54,321 nt of DNA from a virus: UHGV virus genome UHGV-0135730; one strand, 5' to 3'. The notes beneath the pieces are model-generated. The model ran no database searches and was not told where the DNA came from. It saw only the letters and a program-made list of their open reading frames with translations. The position numbers and the translations under genes are program-made. Below, piece after piece: positions 8,696 to 16,355 of the stretch (within the stretch, counting starts at the first letter, position 1; each line of letters begins with the position of its first letter).

Positions 8696-9131
8696 AACTC
8701 AAATCAAGCCGAGTTGAAATACAACCGCATTGAGGGTTAAGCATTGAATGAGGCAATCCCTTACAGCTTGTTATTGCTGCGTCATTTATTATTCCATCAT
8801 TAATATTGGCGGCAGTGAACTGCCTTTTCTTCAGTTCCTCTTCCCTATCGTTTAATATTTGCTCCGCTTTTAGTGCGCTGTAGCTAATTAAATCAACCAA
8901 TGTATCAGTAGGATCGCTTTCATTAACTAAAATGGCCTCTAAACGCGCCTCCTTAAGACAAATCAACAGATCCCACACATCAAGTGGGGTTAAACTTGCC
9001 CCCTTCTTAGCGTTGTATATAGTGGCTATTTTTGGCGCTGATTTTTCCTCTTTTCTGTCGTAGCCGTTTTGTTTACCCCTTTGCTCTATTGTTTCCGCTG
9101 CAACTCGTAATAAATCTGCTGCACTAGTCAT
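8634..9131 (-). CDS. Hypothetical protein
   Basis: Start at MTSAADLL; between Dam-like methylase and membrane protein. Confidence 0.45.
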   Translation of the reverse strand: MTSAADLLRVAAETIEQRGKQNGYDRKEEKSAPKIATIYNAKKGASLTPLDVWDLLICLKEARLEAILVNESDPTDTLVDLISYSALKAEQILNDREEELKKRQFTAANINDGIINDAAITSCKGLPHSMLNPQCGCISTRLDLSFDRSEAIRDKRYDPNEKGDN

Positions 9132-9663
9132 TTTCTGCACCTCTTGCATATAGCTCTTTACGCGTTATGTGTGTGAAAATACATTCATGTCTGCACCGTG
9201 GATGCCAGATCAAAAACAAGCTCCCCTTGTTGTTTCCGCTAACTGGCTTACCAGTCGCAGCATTTATAAAAGCCAGCCGCCCGCGCGTTATTAATCTGCA
9301 TTCGTTTGCCGTCTCAACGCCGTTCATGAACCAGCTAACAGAAACGTCAGCGGGCAACAACATTACGCAACCAATGTGATTTCGTTGATGTTCAAGCGCC
9401 GCTTTATCAACGAATGGCCCTGGGTTTGAGTATGGCGGATTCATCCAGACATATTCACCAGGCATTGCCACCGCTCCCCACGGATAATGCAGCGTGTCCA
9501 TTTCTTCGGTTATATATCGCGGGATTAATGCGTTTGCCTTGTTTGCCGCCACGTCAGCGACAAATTCAAACTCGCGGTCCATTCCTCTAAAAACTGGTTT
9601 AGGTGTCTGCCACAGGTCTTTAATTTCCTTCGGCGTGCTGCTGCCTCCAAAATCATTTTTCAT
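9124..9663 (-). CDS. DNA N6-adenine methyltransferase (phage Dam-like)
   Basis: NPPY catalytic motif (VWMNPPYSN) and size typical of phage N6A methylases. Confidence 0.7.
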   Translation of the reverse strand: MKNDFGGSSTPKEIKDLWQTPKPVFRGMDREFEFVADVAANKANALIPRYITEEMDTLHYPWGAVAMPGEYVWMNPPYSNPGPFVDKAALEHQRNHIGCVMLLPADVSVSWFMNGVETANECRLITRGRLAFINAATGKPVSGNNKGSLFLIWHPRCRHECIFTHITRKELYARGAEND

Positions 9664-9672
9664 TACGCCCCC

Positions 9673-9921
9673 TTAAAAATAATCTTGTTCAGTCCCCCAA
9701 CGGTTGTTTAAATACCCAACCAACCAGATAAAACGCTCAATGCTGATTAGCGGGGCAACCTTGCGATAATGCTTTTCTAATATCAGCCGCGTAGCTTTAT
9801 CGCTGTAGCCGTTTCTTTCTACCTCTGCTTTGCAGGCAGAAAGCGCCGCACGCGCGGCAGTTTTTACGGCATTAAATTGCAGTTCTGACATATTGAACAA
9901 AGCCATAGGATCACCATTCAT
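9673..9921 (-). CDS. Hypothetical protein
   Basis: Start placed at MNGDPMALF to avoid long overlap. Confidence 0.35.
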   Translation of the reverse strand: MNGDPMALFNMSELQFNAVKTAARAALSACKAEVERNGYSDKATRLILEKHYRKVAPLISIERFIWLVGYLNNRWGTEQDYF

Positions 9922-10144
9922 CCCAATCCTGCGAAACGGTAAGGCAAAAACCGATGAATGCGCTACCAGCCAATAAAGCGCGCACAGTAAAAAGAATACT
10001 TTCAATGTCGTTAAATTCAGGTACTGACCATGTAACAAACATCATACCCAGCGTAAATATAACGATAGCGCCGCTGAACACCAAAAAAACAGAAAGCGTA
10101 GCCAAAAGCCACGCCTTTAACCAGTTTAAAAAGATTTTAACCAT
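9911..10144 (-). CDS. Hypothetical membrane protein (2 TM)
   Basis: 77 aa with two long hydrophobic helices. Confidence 0.45.
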   Translation of the reverse strand: MVKIFLNWLKAWLLATLSVFLVFSGAIVIFTLGMMFVTWSVPEFNDIESILFTVRALLAGSAFIGFCLTVSQDWDEW

Positions 10145-10145
10145 T

Positions 10146-10349
10146 TTAAACCTCGTCTATTACACCGCCTTGCACGCGCTCTTTAATGTCCCATGTATGA
10201 GGCTTGCATAATTCTTGATAATAGTGATCCGGCCTGCTGCCGAAATACCATTTACCTTCCATATAAAAATAAACGCCCGAAAATATTCCGGGCGCTGCCT
10301 TTGTTGCTGATTCTGGAATCTTCCAGTCTTTATACTGTTTAAACTTCAT
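10146..10349 (-). CDS. Hypothetical protein
   Basis: 67 aa ORF. Confidence 0.4.
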   Translation of the reverse strand: MKFKQYKDWKIPESATKAAPGIFSGVYFYMEGKWYFGSRPDHYYQELCKPHTWDIKERVQGGVIDEV

Positions 10350-10533
10350 GAGCTTTTAAGTAACCTCTTCTGAATGCTTTGATGTAAAGTCCTAGCCTTC
10401 TTATATGCTGAACGCCATCAATGATGCGCACCAAATAAATTTTCCCGTTTGTGTCAGATACAAAACGACAACCAAAACCAATGCCAACCAACGTCAGGTT
10501 GTCAGGTATTCTATAATCAGTTTTCTGTTCCAT
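10339..10533 (-). CDS. Hypothetical protein
   Basis: 64 aa ORF. Confidence 0.4.
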   Translation of the reverse strand: MEQKTDYRIPDNLTLVGIGFGCRFVSDTNGKIYLVRIIDGVQHIRRLGLYIKAFRRGYLKAHEV

Positions 10534-10536
10534 GCC

Positions 10537-10629
10537 TCACCTCATATGGTATTCAATAAACCACCTGATAAACAGGCATAAGGCAATAAAACCCCAGCAA
10601 CAGCACATATAAAACAATGTGTCGTCCAT
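10537..10629 (-). CDS. Small hydrophobic peptide (30 aa)
   Basis: MDDTLFYMCCCWGFIALCLFIRWFIEYHMR; packed between flanking genes (3-nt gaps). Confidence 0.4.
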   Translation of the reverse strand: MDDTLFYMCCCWGFIALCLFIRWFIEYHMR

Positions 10630-10631
10630 AA

Positions 10632-10850
10632 TTAAGCCTCAATAACACCGTAATCAAACGTGCCCAAATACCGTTCGATACTTACAACTTCAATACCATC
10701 AACGCACCGTTTCCACACAGACACCTGGCTTTCATTTTCTCTGAAGTGCATATTAGAAAGCACTTCATCGGCTGGATAGCCTTTCCCGGCGACGTAGGCA
10801 TCGTGACCTACTCCACCCTCAACACAATAAAGCATTAATTCGCGGGCCAT
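10632..10850 (-). CDS. Hypothetical protein
   Basis: 72 aa ORF downstream of predicted promoter. Confidence 0.45.
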   Translation of the reverse strand: MARELMLYCVEGGVGHDAYVAGKGYPADEVLSNMHFRENESQVSVWKRCVDGIEVVSIERYLGTFDYGVIEA

Positions 10851-10924
10851 CTTATTTCCCTCCGCACCGTAAACCTTTTGATTTCAGTTCACAAAACGGA
10901 TTCGCGATCACAATACAAAACGTA

Positions 10925-10953
10925 TATTTATGTGATCGCAATCACGATGTCAA
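10925..10953 (-). promoter_or_regulatory. Candidate sigma70 promoter with operator-like palindrome in spacer
   Basis: Minus strand TTGACA-17-TAAATA; the 17-nt spacer contains palindrome TGTGATCGCAATCACG (10931-10946). Confidence 0.5.
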
Positions 10954-11570
10954 TGAAGTACGCGTTTTTCAGGTTCTGGCATTGGCTGTGCGTCTTTCCG
11001 TGCGTCATTAAGCACGGCTATAGCTGCCTGTACACCTAAATCATTTGCGCGCATATTATTGCCAACCATTTCGCCGTAAAATAATGGCATGATCGCCTTT
11101 ACTTCTTCCTCTGTGTGCCCTTCATCAATACACTTCTGTAACGCTTTAGCCTCGAATACTTTTTTCATTACGCCGCGCATAGAATACAGCGCAACGCTAC
11201 CCATATGATTTTTATCTAACGGGAAAATAACCGCACTTCCGAACGCCAGCGGGTCAATTTCTTCCGGCACTGGCACGCGACCATACTCCTCTTCCATGCG
11301 CTTTACGAAAGTAAGGCAGAAGACATAGCGAGCTACGGCAGTTTTTTCTTCAGCGTTTAAAGACACATAATCGCGGATCGACGCGTCCATCACAATATCA
11401 ACAATCTGTAACGCCAGATTCAAATCGGCGTCATACTTGCCAGATTCCATATCTTTCAATACTTCGTGATAATCTTTAATTTCCACTTCATGAAAACTTG
11501 CGTCTTCAGTGTAGCGAGTGATTAACATGCCTTCGCTGCCGAGTGAATAAGCTGTTTTGATGTCTTTCAT
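10950..11570 (-). CDS. Hypothetical protein
   Basis: 206 aa ORF. Confidence 0.5.
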   Translation of the reverse strand: MKDIKTAYSLGSEGMLITRYTEDASFHEVEIKDYHEVLKDMESGKYDADLNLALQIVDIVMDASIRDYVSLNAEEKTAVARYVFCLTFVKRMEEEYGRVPVPEEIDPLAFGSAVIFPLDKNHMGSVALYSMRGVMKKVFEAKALQKCIDEGHTEEEVKAIMPLFYGEMVGNNMRANDLGVQAAIAVLNDARKDAQPMPEPEKRVLH

Positions 11571-11583
11571 GATATTTATCCTT

Positions 11584-11916
11584 TTATAGTGGGTGATGCC
11601 ATTTCATTTCTGTTTCTGAATTAAACGGGTTTCCTTCGCTTGAAAGGAATAAATCACGCTCCCGTTTCAGTTCTTCCGGGCTTATTTCTATTTCATCAAT
11701 CTGACCGAACGATCCCGGCATCATTCGTTTTAAATCAGATAGCGGACGCATAAGGCCGCAGCCGCGTAACAGCATATCGACCGCGAATTGTCTACGTCCG
11801 GCGGCGTCATTAAAGCGCCGCGCCCAGGGCACAACCACGATCCGGCGTTCGAATTCGATAAATAGTGATAGCTTGTTTGTTTCGCTATCATATGCTTTAT
11901 GGAATTTAATTTTCAT
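11584..11916 (-). CDS. Hypothetical protein
   Basis: 110 aa ORF. Confidence 0.45.
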   Translation of the reverse strand: MKIKFHKAYDSETNKLSLFIEFERRIVVVPWARRFNDAAGRRQFAVDMLLRGCGLMRPLSDLKRMMPGSFGQIDEIEISPEELKRERDLFLSSEGNPFNSETEMKWHHPL

Positions 11917-12097
11917 TTAACACCTCAACATATTGTTCAAGATGCCATTGACCCACCTCATCATCTTCCTCGTCAAATAATGTTACCTGACCACCAGGCC
12001 CAAAAGAAAAGGCAGCTATGATAAATTTATACCCATACCACGTACGGATCTTTTCGCCGCCTTTTAAATCTTTAACTTTCACCAATTTTATAGCCAT
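11906..12097 (-). CDS. Hypothetical protein
   Basis: 63 aa ORF. Confidence 0.4.
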   Translation of the reverse strand: MAIKLVKVKDLKGGEKIRTWYGYKFIIAAFSFGPGGQVTLFDEEDDEVGQWHLEQYVEVLNEN

Positions 12098-12360
12098 ACG
12101 CCGAACATCCCATTCAGTCCGGCGAACAATTTCCGCCAGTGGTTTTCAACATAAGCCCGGAACGGCTTAACGCGAACATTGCGGGCCTTCAGTTCAATCT
12201 TGTCGAAGAAACGCGGCTCTATAATTGTTCCATCTAGATATTTAACCAGGATCGGGCGCTCAAGATCGTTATATGTCTTGTTCAGCACAACCAGACCAGG
12301 GTCTTTACGGTATTCCGGGAGCACGACCAGATCGCCCGTTTTGATATTCATGAATGGCAT
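12088..12360 (-). CDS. Hypothetical protein
   Basis: 90 aa; ATG at 12360 overlaps stop of upstream peptide gene (TGATG). Confidence 0.45.
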   Translation of the reverse strand: MPFMNIKTGDLVVLPEYRKDPGLVVLNKTYNDLERPILVKYLDGTIIEPRFFDKIELKARNVRVKPFRAYVENHWRKLFAGLNGMFGVWL

Positions 12361-12476
12361 CACATCACCCCGCCGATATAGCTAATAATTGCCGCAGTCG
12401 CGCCAGCCATTACCACCATGAAGACGAAAGCGACCACGCAGAAAACAGCCTTGACAGTATTTTTGTCGACTCGCAT
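12360..12476 (-). CDS. Small hydrophobic peptide (38 aa)
   Basis: MRVDKNTVKAVFCVVAFVFMVVMAGATAAIISYIGGVM; single predicted TM helix. Confidence 0.45.
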   Translation of the reverse strand: MRVDKNTVKAVFCVVAFVFMVVMAGATAAIISYIGGVM

Positions 12477-12483
12477 ATAAACC

Positions 12484-12591
12484 TCACATGTCAGTAATCA
12501 GCTTAACAATCGCCACAGTGATATAAAGTGACGCAATAAGGTAAACAGCCGCCACAGCAACGGCGGCGGATAACATTGCAATCTTTTTCAT
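12484..12591 (-). CDS. Small hydrophobic peptide (35 aa)
   Basis: MKKIAMLSAAVAVAAVYLIASLYITVAIVKLITDM; ATGA overlap with upstream gene. Confidence 0.45.
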   Translation of the reverse strand: MKKIAMLSAAVAVAAVYLIASLYITVAIVKLITDM

Positions 12592-12827
12592 TTGCCACCC
12601 TCCGCAATGAACTTATCAAGCCATTTGTTATTAGCCAGCCGTTCTTTGTCATTACCAAAACTGTTTCTGCTTAAAAGCTCCTGTTTTGTTAATTGCGGCC
12701 ACTTATCCGTCCACCCAGCCGACGTATCGAACTCATACAGACCGCCGTCAAAAGTAACAAAGTCATCAGCCGTGTCAGGCACTTCTTTATCAACTTCTTT
12801 TTCTTCGATCATGATTTGATACCTCAT
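12588..12827 (-). CDS. Hypothetical protein
   Basis: 79 aa ORF. Confidence 0.45.
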   Translation of the reverse strand: MRYQIMIEEKEVDKEVPDTADDFVTFDGGLYEFDTSAGWTDKWPQLTKQELLSRNSFGNDKERLANNKWLDKFIAEGGK

Positions 12828-13120
12828 TAATCGTTAATGACCTGGCCCATACGCCCGCGATATTTGCGCATACGTGGATCGACATATTCAGGCCAATGCA
12901 TATCCGGTTTTCTTTGCAGTGGGTAAAAACTTGCCTGCCAGTTGTCGAACCATATTTGCTTTGCGTACAGGTCACTAAATCTTTTCGCCATTCGTTCCGC
13001 TGCCGTGCCGCATAAAAAAAGCCCGCGATCGATTTGATCACGGGCTTCTCTTAAAACTTGCTCTTTTGTTCGCGGAATCGGTGGCGCATTAAGATAATGC
13101 GTGGATTCTGCTTTTTCCAT
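12827..13120 (-). CDS. Hypothetical protein
   Basis: Start at MEKAEST; downstream of SSB. Confidence 0.4.
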   Translation of the reverse strand: MEKAESTHYLNAPPIPRTKEQVLREARDQIDRGLFLCGTAAERMAKRFSDLYAKQIWFDNWQASFYPLQRKPDMHWPEYVDPRMRKYRGRMGQVIND

Positions 13121-13556
13121 ATTGTAACCCAATAGGAGCAAATGGAATATCGTCGTCGAGGTCCATCGGCGGCGCATTATTCCCGTTATTATTCTGCTGC
13201 TGCGGCGGCGCTTTCTGCTGCTGGCCTTGCTGCTGGCCTTGTTGGTTAACGTTCATGAATTCGAATTCGTTAACCGCCACTTCAACCGCCGTCCCCTTCG
13301 TGCCGTCGTTCCGGTCATATTGCCGAACATCCAGGCGACCGCTTACCACTATTTTTCCACCCTTACGAATATGTGGCGCTAATTTTTCCGCACGCTCGCC
13401 AAATACCAGGCAAGTGATCCACATTACCCGCTTATTATCGCCGTAGCCATTCGTTACAGCTAACGGAAAGCTACCAATAGCTTTACCGTTTTGCGTGTAG
13501 CGAACTTCCATATCATTTCCGATATTACCGCCCAGCATGATTGAATTTAAGCTCAT
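13089..13556 (-). CDS. ssb: Single-stranded DNA-binding protein
   Basis: OB-fold-like N-terminus, Gln/Gly-rich linker, C-terminal acidic tip DDDIPF. Confidence 0.85.
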   Translation of the reverse strand: MSLNSIMLGGNIGNDMEVRYTQNGKAIGSFPLAVTNGYGDNKRVMWITCLVFGERAEKLAPHIRKGGKIVVSGRLDVRQYDRNDGTKGTAVEVAVNEFEFMNVNQQGQQQGQQQKAPPQQQNNNGNNAPPMDLDDDIPFAPIGLQYGKSRIHALS

Positions 13557-14209
13557 TAACCGATCTCCCCGTTAAGCTCTTTTAAGCGAATATCATAAAC
13601 GTCTTTAGCTTTCTGTTGCTGCTCTGAATCTTTAGGAAGTAGCTTCCAGCACTTTCCGAAGATCTCGCGTAACTTGTTAGCGTCCGGCGCTTTCGCTGCC
13701 GCATCACAGAAACGCGCTAACACTTCATCAGGATTTGGCGGCGCTTTCTGCTGCTGTGGTTTCTGATTAGTTTGTTGTTTTGGTGGGTTTTTCTGTTGGC
13801 GAGGCTGCTGGCCTGTCTGCTTAGCGTATGCGTCAGTATCAGGATCTCGCGCATCGTCAATGCAGAACAATCCGTTCAACGCGTATTTACGCGCATAACT
13901 TGATGTCGCGCCAGTTAACTGGCTTGCGTCCATTCCCTTCTTGCTTTCTTCTTCCCTGGCGTAAGCAGTTACCGCAATTTCATCTTCGCCGTCGCTTAGT
14001 GTAGCCGTGGCTTTCACATAATAGCGATTGCCGATCAGGACGATTTCATCGCTAACAGTCAGCGTTATATTTTGAAGAAGTGGCTTAACCGCCTCCAAAA
14101 TATCCTCCGCCGACCTGTAATTGTACCCACCAAAATTATTACGCTGATTTTTCGGCGCGTTCAACGTTTGTTGAATCGTCCACAGCTTTTTGTGTAACTC
14201 TGTTTTCAC
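13556..14209 (-). CDS. erf: ERF-family single-strand annealing recombinase
   Basis: N-terminal FGGYNYRSAEDILEAVKPLL and TGATSSYARKYALNGLF typical of ERF; GTG start with AGGAG RBS. Confidence 0.75.
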   Translation of the reverse strand: MKTELHKKLWTIQQTLNAPKNQRNNFGGYNYRSAEDILEAVKPLLQNITLTVSDEIVLIGNRYYVKATATLSDGEDEIAVTAYAREEESKKGMDASQLTGATSSYARKYALNGLFCIDDARDPDTDAYAKQTGQQPRQQKNPPKQQTNQKPQQQKAPPNPDEVLARFCDAAAKAPDANKLREIFGKCWKLLPKDSEQQQKAKDVYDIRLKELNGEIG

Positions 14210-14328
14210 TCTTTGATCTCCTTCGCTGTTAACACTATGTATAAGGCTTTATTCGCGGCGCTCCACATTTCGGCATCGTGAAGCATTTCCGCTACTGCCA
14301 GTTTGAATTGAAGCGCCTCGATAACCAT
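14206..14328 (-). CDS. Hypothetical small protein (40 aa)
   Basis: GGAGG RBS; stop overlaps erf start (GTGA). Confidence 0.35.
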   Translation of the reverse strand: MVIEALQFKLAVAEMLHDAEMWSAANKALYIVLTAKEIKE

Positions 14329-14358
14329 AATGTAACCTCCGAATGTTTACATTTTGTA

Positions 14359-14649
14359 TTAATGGTAACGGACTTTATCCAGGGGTTTCTCCCCTAAATG
14401 GCGTGGTTGCGTTGCGTGGTAGTAGCTGCCACTTTCATTTTCCGTATACCATTTTACTGATCCTTTGCGACGTTCTTTTTTGCCATCTGGCTTGCATCTT
14501 TCGTCACTTGCCATTCGAATGGCTTTTTCCACATTGTCAGTTTTATTAATTGCAGGTGATGATTTTCTTTCGTTTTCTCTTTTTATCCTTCTGCGTTCCC
14601 TGGCATTTATTTTGCTATCACATTTACCATATATAATTGTAACGCTCAT
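14359..14649 (-). CDS. Arg-rich basic protein, candidate N-like antiterminator
   Basis: First gene after the pL-like promoter and a 340-nt leader; N-terminal arginine-rich motif NARERRRIKRENERK resembles N-family ARM. Confidence 0.4.
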   Translation of the reverse strand: MSVTIIYGKCDSKINARERRRIKRENERKSSPAINKTDNVEKAIRMASDERCKPDGKKERRKGSVKWYTENESGSYYHATQPRHLGEKPLDKVRYH

Positions 14650-14705
14650 AATCTGATCTCCGTATATCCTTGATGATACTTAATAAAAAATCATCTTCGT
14701 TAATT

Positions 14706-14743
14706 GCCGCACTTCCAGCGGCTGACCAGATTGTTAATGAGCG
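14706..14743 (-). promoter_or_regulatory. Candidate nutL (boxA-like plus boxB-like hairpin)
   Basis: Minus strand CGCTCATTA (boxA-like) then 12 nt then hairpin GCCGC-UGGAAGU-GCGGC, upstream of the N-like gene. Confidence 0.35.
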
Positions 14744-14997
14744 GCTTAACATCTTTCAACTAATCCCGCAATCATCGCCGTTCCCGGCGTGACCTTGCTC
14801 ACTCCAAGCAAGCTGACTCGTCGCCTTGCGTGCGGTTTCGTGGGGGATGTAACGCTTTAAACACCCCATGCGCCTTGTTATCAGTGCCGCTTTCGGTCCC
14901 CCATCGGGGAGTTACTCCACGGTTGACAAGGTGTTAAGCCTGATTTTTAAAGTGCCAGGAAGTTGCTTTTGTTGCCTGCTCCCTTCCTTTGATTCGC

Positions 14998-15040
14998 AAT
15001 ATACGCCCCGTAAAACACCGAGTCAATCCATTTTGTATAC
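14998..15040 (-). promoter_or_regulatory. Early leftward promoter (pL-like)
   Basis: Minus strand GTATACAAAATGG-A-TTGACT-17-TATATT. Confidence 0.6.
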
Positions 15041-15107
15041 TTTTTTAAAATATTTTATATACTATTGATATTTAAACAATAAATAGCGTTTTCTGTTTAC
15101 GTTTTGG

Positions 15108-15145
15108 TGTTTTTTCGAACAAAGAAAAGCCGCCACCAGGCGGCT
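15108..15145 (-). terminator. Rho-independent terminator after repressor gene
   Basis: Hairpin AGCCGCC-ACCA-GGCGGCT followed by T-rich run on minus strand. Confidence 0.6.
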
Positions 15146-15150
15146 AATGT

Positions 15151-15798
15151 TTATGGCAGGTTTACGATCTTCGCATCAACAACCACGCCAATGATTTTTG
15201 ACTCTGGATTCATAGGGATCGGCGGATACAACGGATTCAGTGAACGCAAAAGTTTTCGGCCTCCATCAATAATCAACTGTTTAAACGTAGGTATCTGCCC
15301 TTCCTCCAGTTGTGCTATAACAAGTTTTCCGTCAATAGCTGGCGCGTGCGGGTCAACGAGTATCATAGTCCCCGCCGGGATGCTTAACCCCTGCGGTGCG
15401 TTCATTGATTCACCTTTAGCAACCAGCCAATAACTATCATCCGAACAAATAACGCTAGTAGCAACGTGTGGCAATGTTGATCGGTGTGTGCCTTCCATAT
15501 TGTTTGCTACATCCTTCCAGTCAACAACCGGGTAACTGCCTAAATCACGCGGTGGCGCTCCCGACAACGTGTTAGAAACAGAATCATCAATGACCATTCC
15601 GTCATGAGTAACAGTAAATTGCCGACGCCCAAGCGCCCGCATGATACGCGCAATATCTTCAAGATTCGGCTCACGGCGACCGTTCAGCCAGTGAGAAAGG
15701 CCGCCTTTGGTTATCCCCATAAGATCAGCCAATGAATCCTGGCTCATGCCCTGCGCCCGCATGAGTTGTTTTGCTAAGTCATACCATTTTGTTTTCAT
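15151..15798 (-). CDS. CI-like prophage repressor (HTH plus S24 LexA-like peptidase)
   Basis: N-terminal HTH (QDSLADLMGITKGGLSHWLNG), C-terminal S24 domain with GESM serine motif. Confidence 0.85.
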   Translation of the reverse strand: MKTKWYDLAKQLMRAQGMSQDSLADLMGITKGGLSHWLNGRREPNLEDIARIMRALGRRQFTVTHDGMVIDDSVSNTLSGAPPRDLGSYPVVDWKDVANNMEGTHRSTLPHVATSVICSDDSYWLVAKGESMNAPQGLSIPAGTMILVDPHAPAIDGKLVIAQLEEGQIPTFKQLIIDGGRKLLRSLNPLYPPIPMNPESKIIGVVVDAKIVNLP

Positions 15799-15857
15799 GT
15801 CGCTACCCTATAACCTAAAAAATTTTGATGCAAGTCACAAAACGTGTTTTTCAAGCC

Positions 15858-15885
15858 TTGACCTGTTAGCGCCATTATGTAAACT
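15858..15885 (+). promoter_or_regulatory. Early rightward promoter (pR-like) within operator region
   Basis: TTGACC-16-TAAACT; flanked by TTGATGCAAG / CTTGCAATGATGCAAGG operator-like repeats. Confidence 0.45.
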
Positions 15886-15961
15886 TGCTGACAAGGTAAA
15901 GCCATACTTGCAATGATGCAAGGAAAAAGATAAGGGAAAGCACAAAAAGGCCGACGCCTTA

Positions 15962-15995
15962 AGCTCTTTAAAAATCCGGTGTCGCTGCGAAGCGA
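15962..15995 (+). promoter_or_regulatory. Candidate nutR (boxA-like plus short hairpin)
   Basis: AGCTCTTTA followed by hairpin TCGC-TGCGAA-GCGA in the rightward leader. Confidence 0.25.
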
Positions 15996-16103
15996 AAAAC
16001 AAATATCACGCAACGGCGGGATCTGTTGAGCGGTCAGTCACTGCTATCTAATGCTAATGGGATGCCCGCCCGCGCGTTCACTCTAACCATAGGAGAAAAG
16101 AAT

Positions 16104-16349
16104 ATGTATTACGTGCGCAAGGCTTTTGATATTCGCCTGAATAACAATGATCCGGCGCAAAAACTCATCTTAATTGCACTGGCAACAAAGGCCGGATGCA
16201 ACGGCAAAAGCGAAGTAACGCCAGAAGAGATCGCGGAAATGTGCGAAATTTCGTTACGCGATACTATCTCTGCACTGCATCAACTGAAAAGAAGCGGCCT
16301 AATCAGCCAGCTGCCAGGTTTCTTCTGTGTTTATCAGTTAATGTTTTAG
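16104..16349 (+). CDS. HTH protein, paralog of replication-initiator N-terminal domain (possible Cro/cII-like regulator)
   Basis: First rightward gene, AGGAGA RBS; LILIALATKAGCNGKSEVTPEEIAEMCEISLRDTISALHQLKRSGLI parallels N-terminus of 16356-17363 product. Confidence 0.55.
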   Translation: MYYVRKAFDIRLNNNDPAQKLILIALATKAGCNGKSEVTPEEIAEMCEISLRDTISALHQLKRSGLISQLPGFFCVYQLMF

Positions 16350-16355
16350 TTCGTC

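Noticed and set aside
15707-15916. 69-aa plus-strand ORF as a cro candidate
   Set aside because: Overlaps the cI coding region antisense and spans the operator/promoter region; no RBS. No canonical cro ORF was found.
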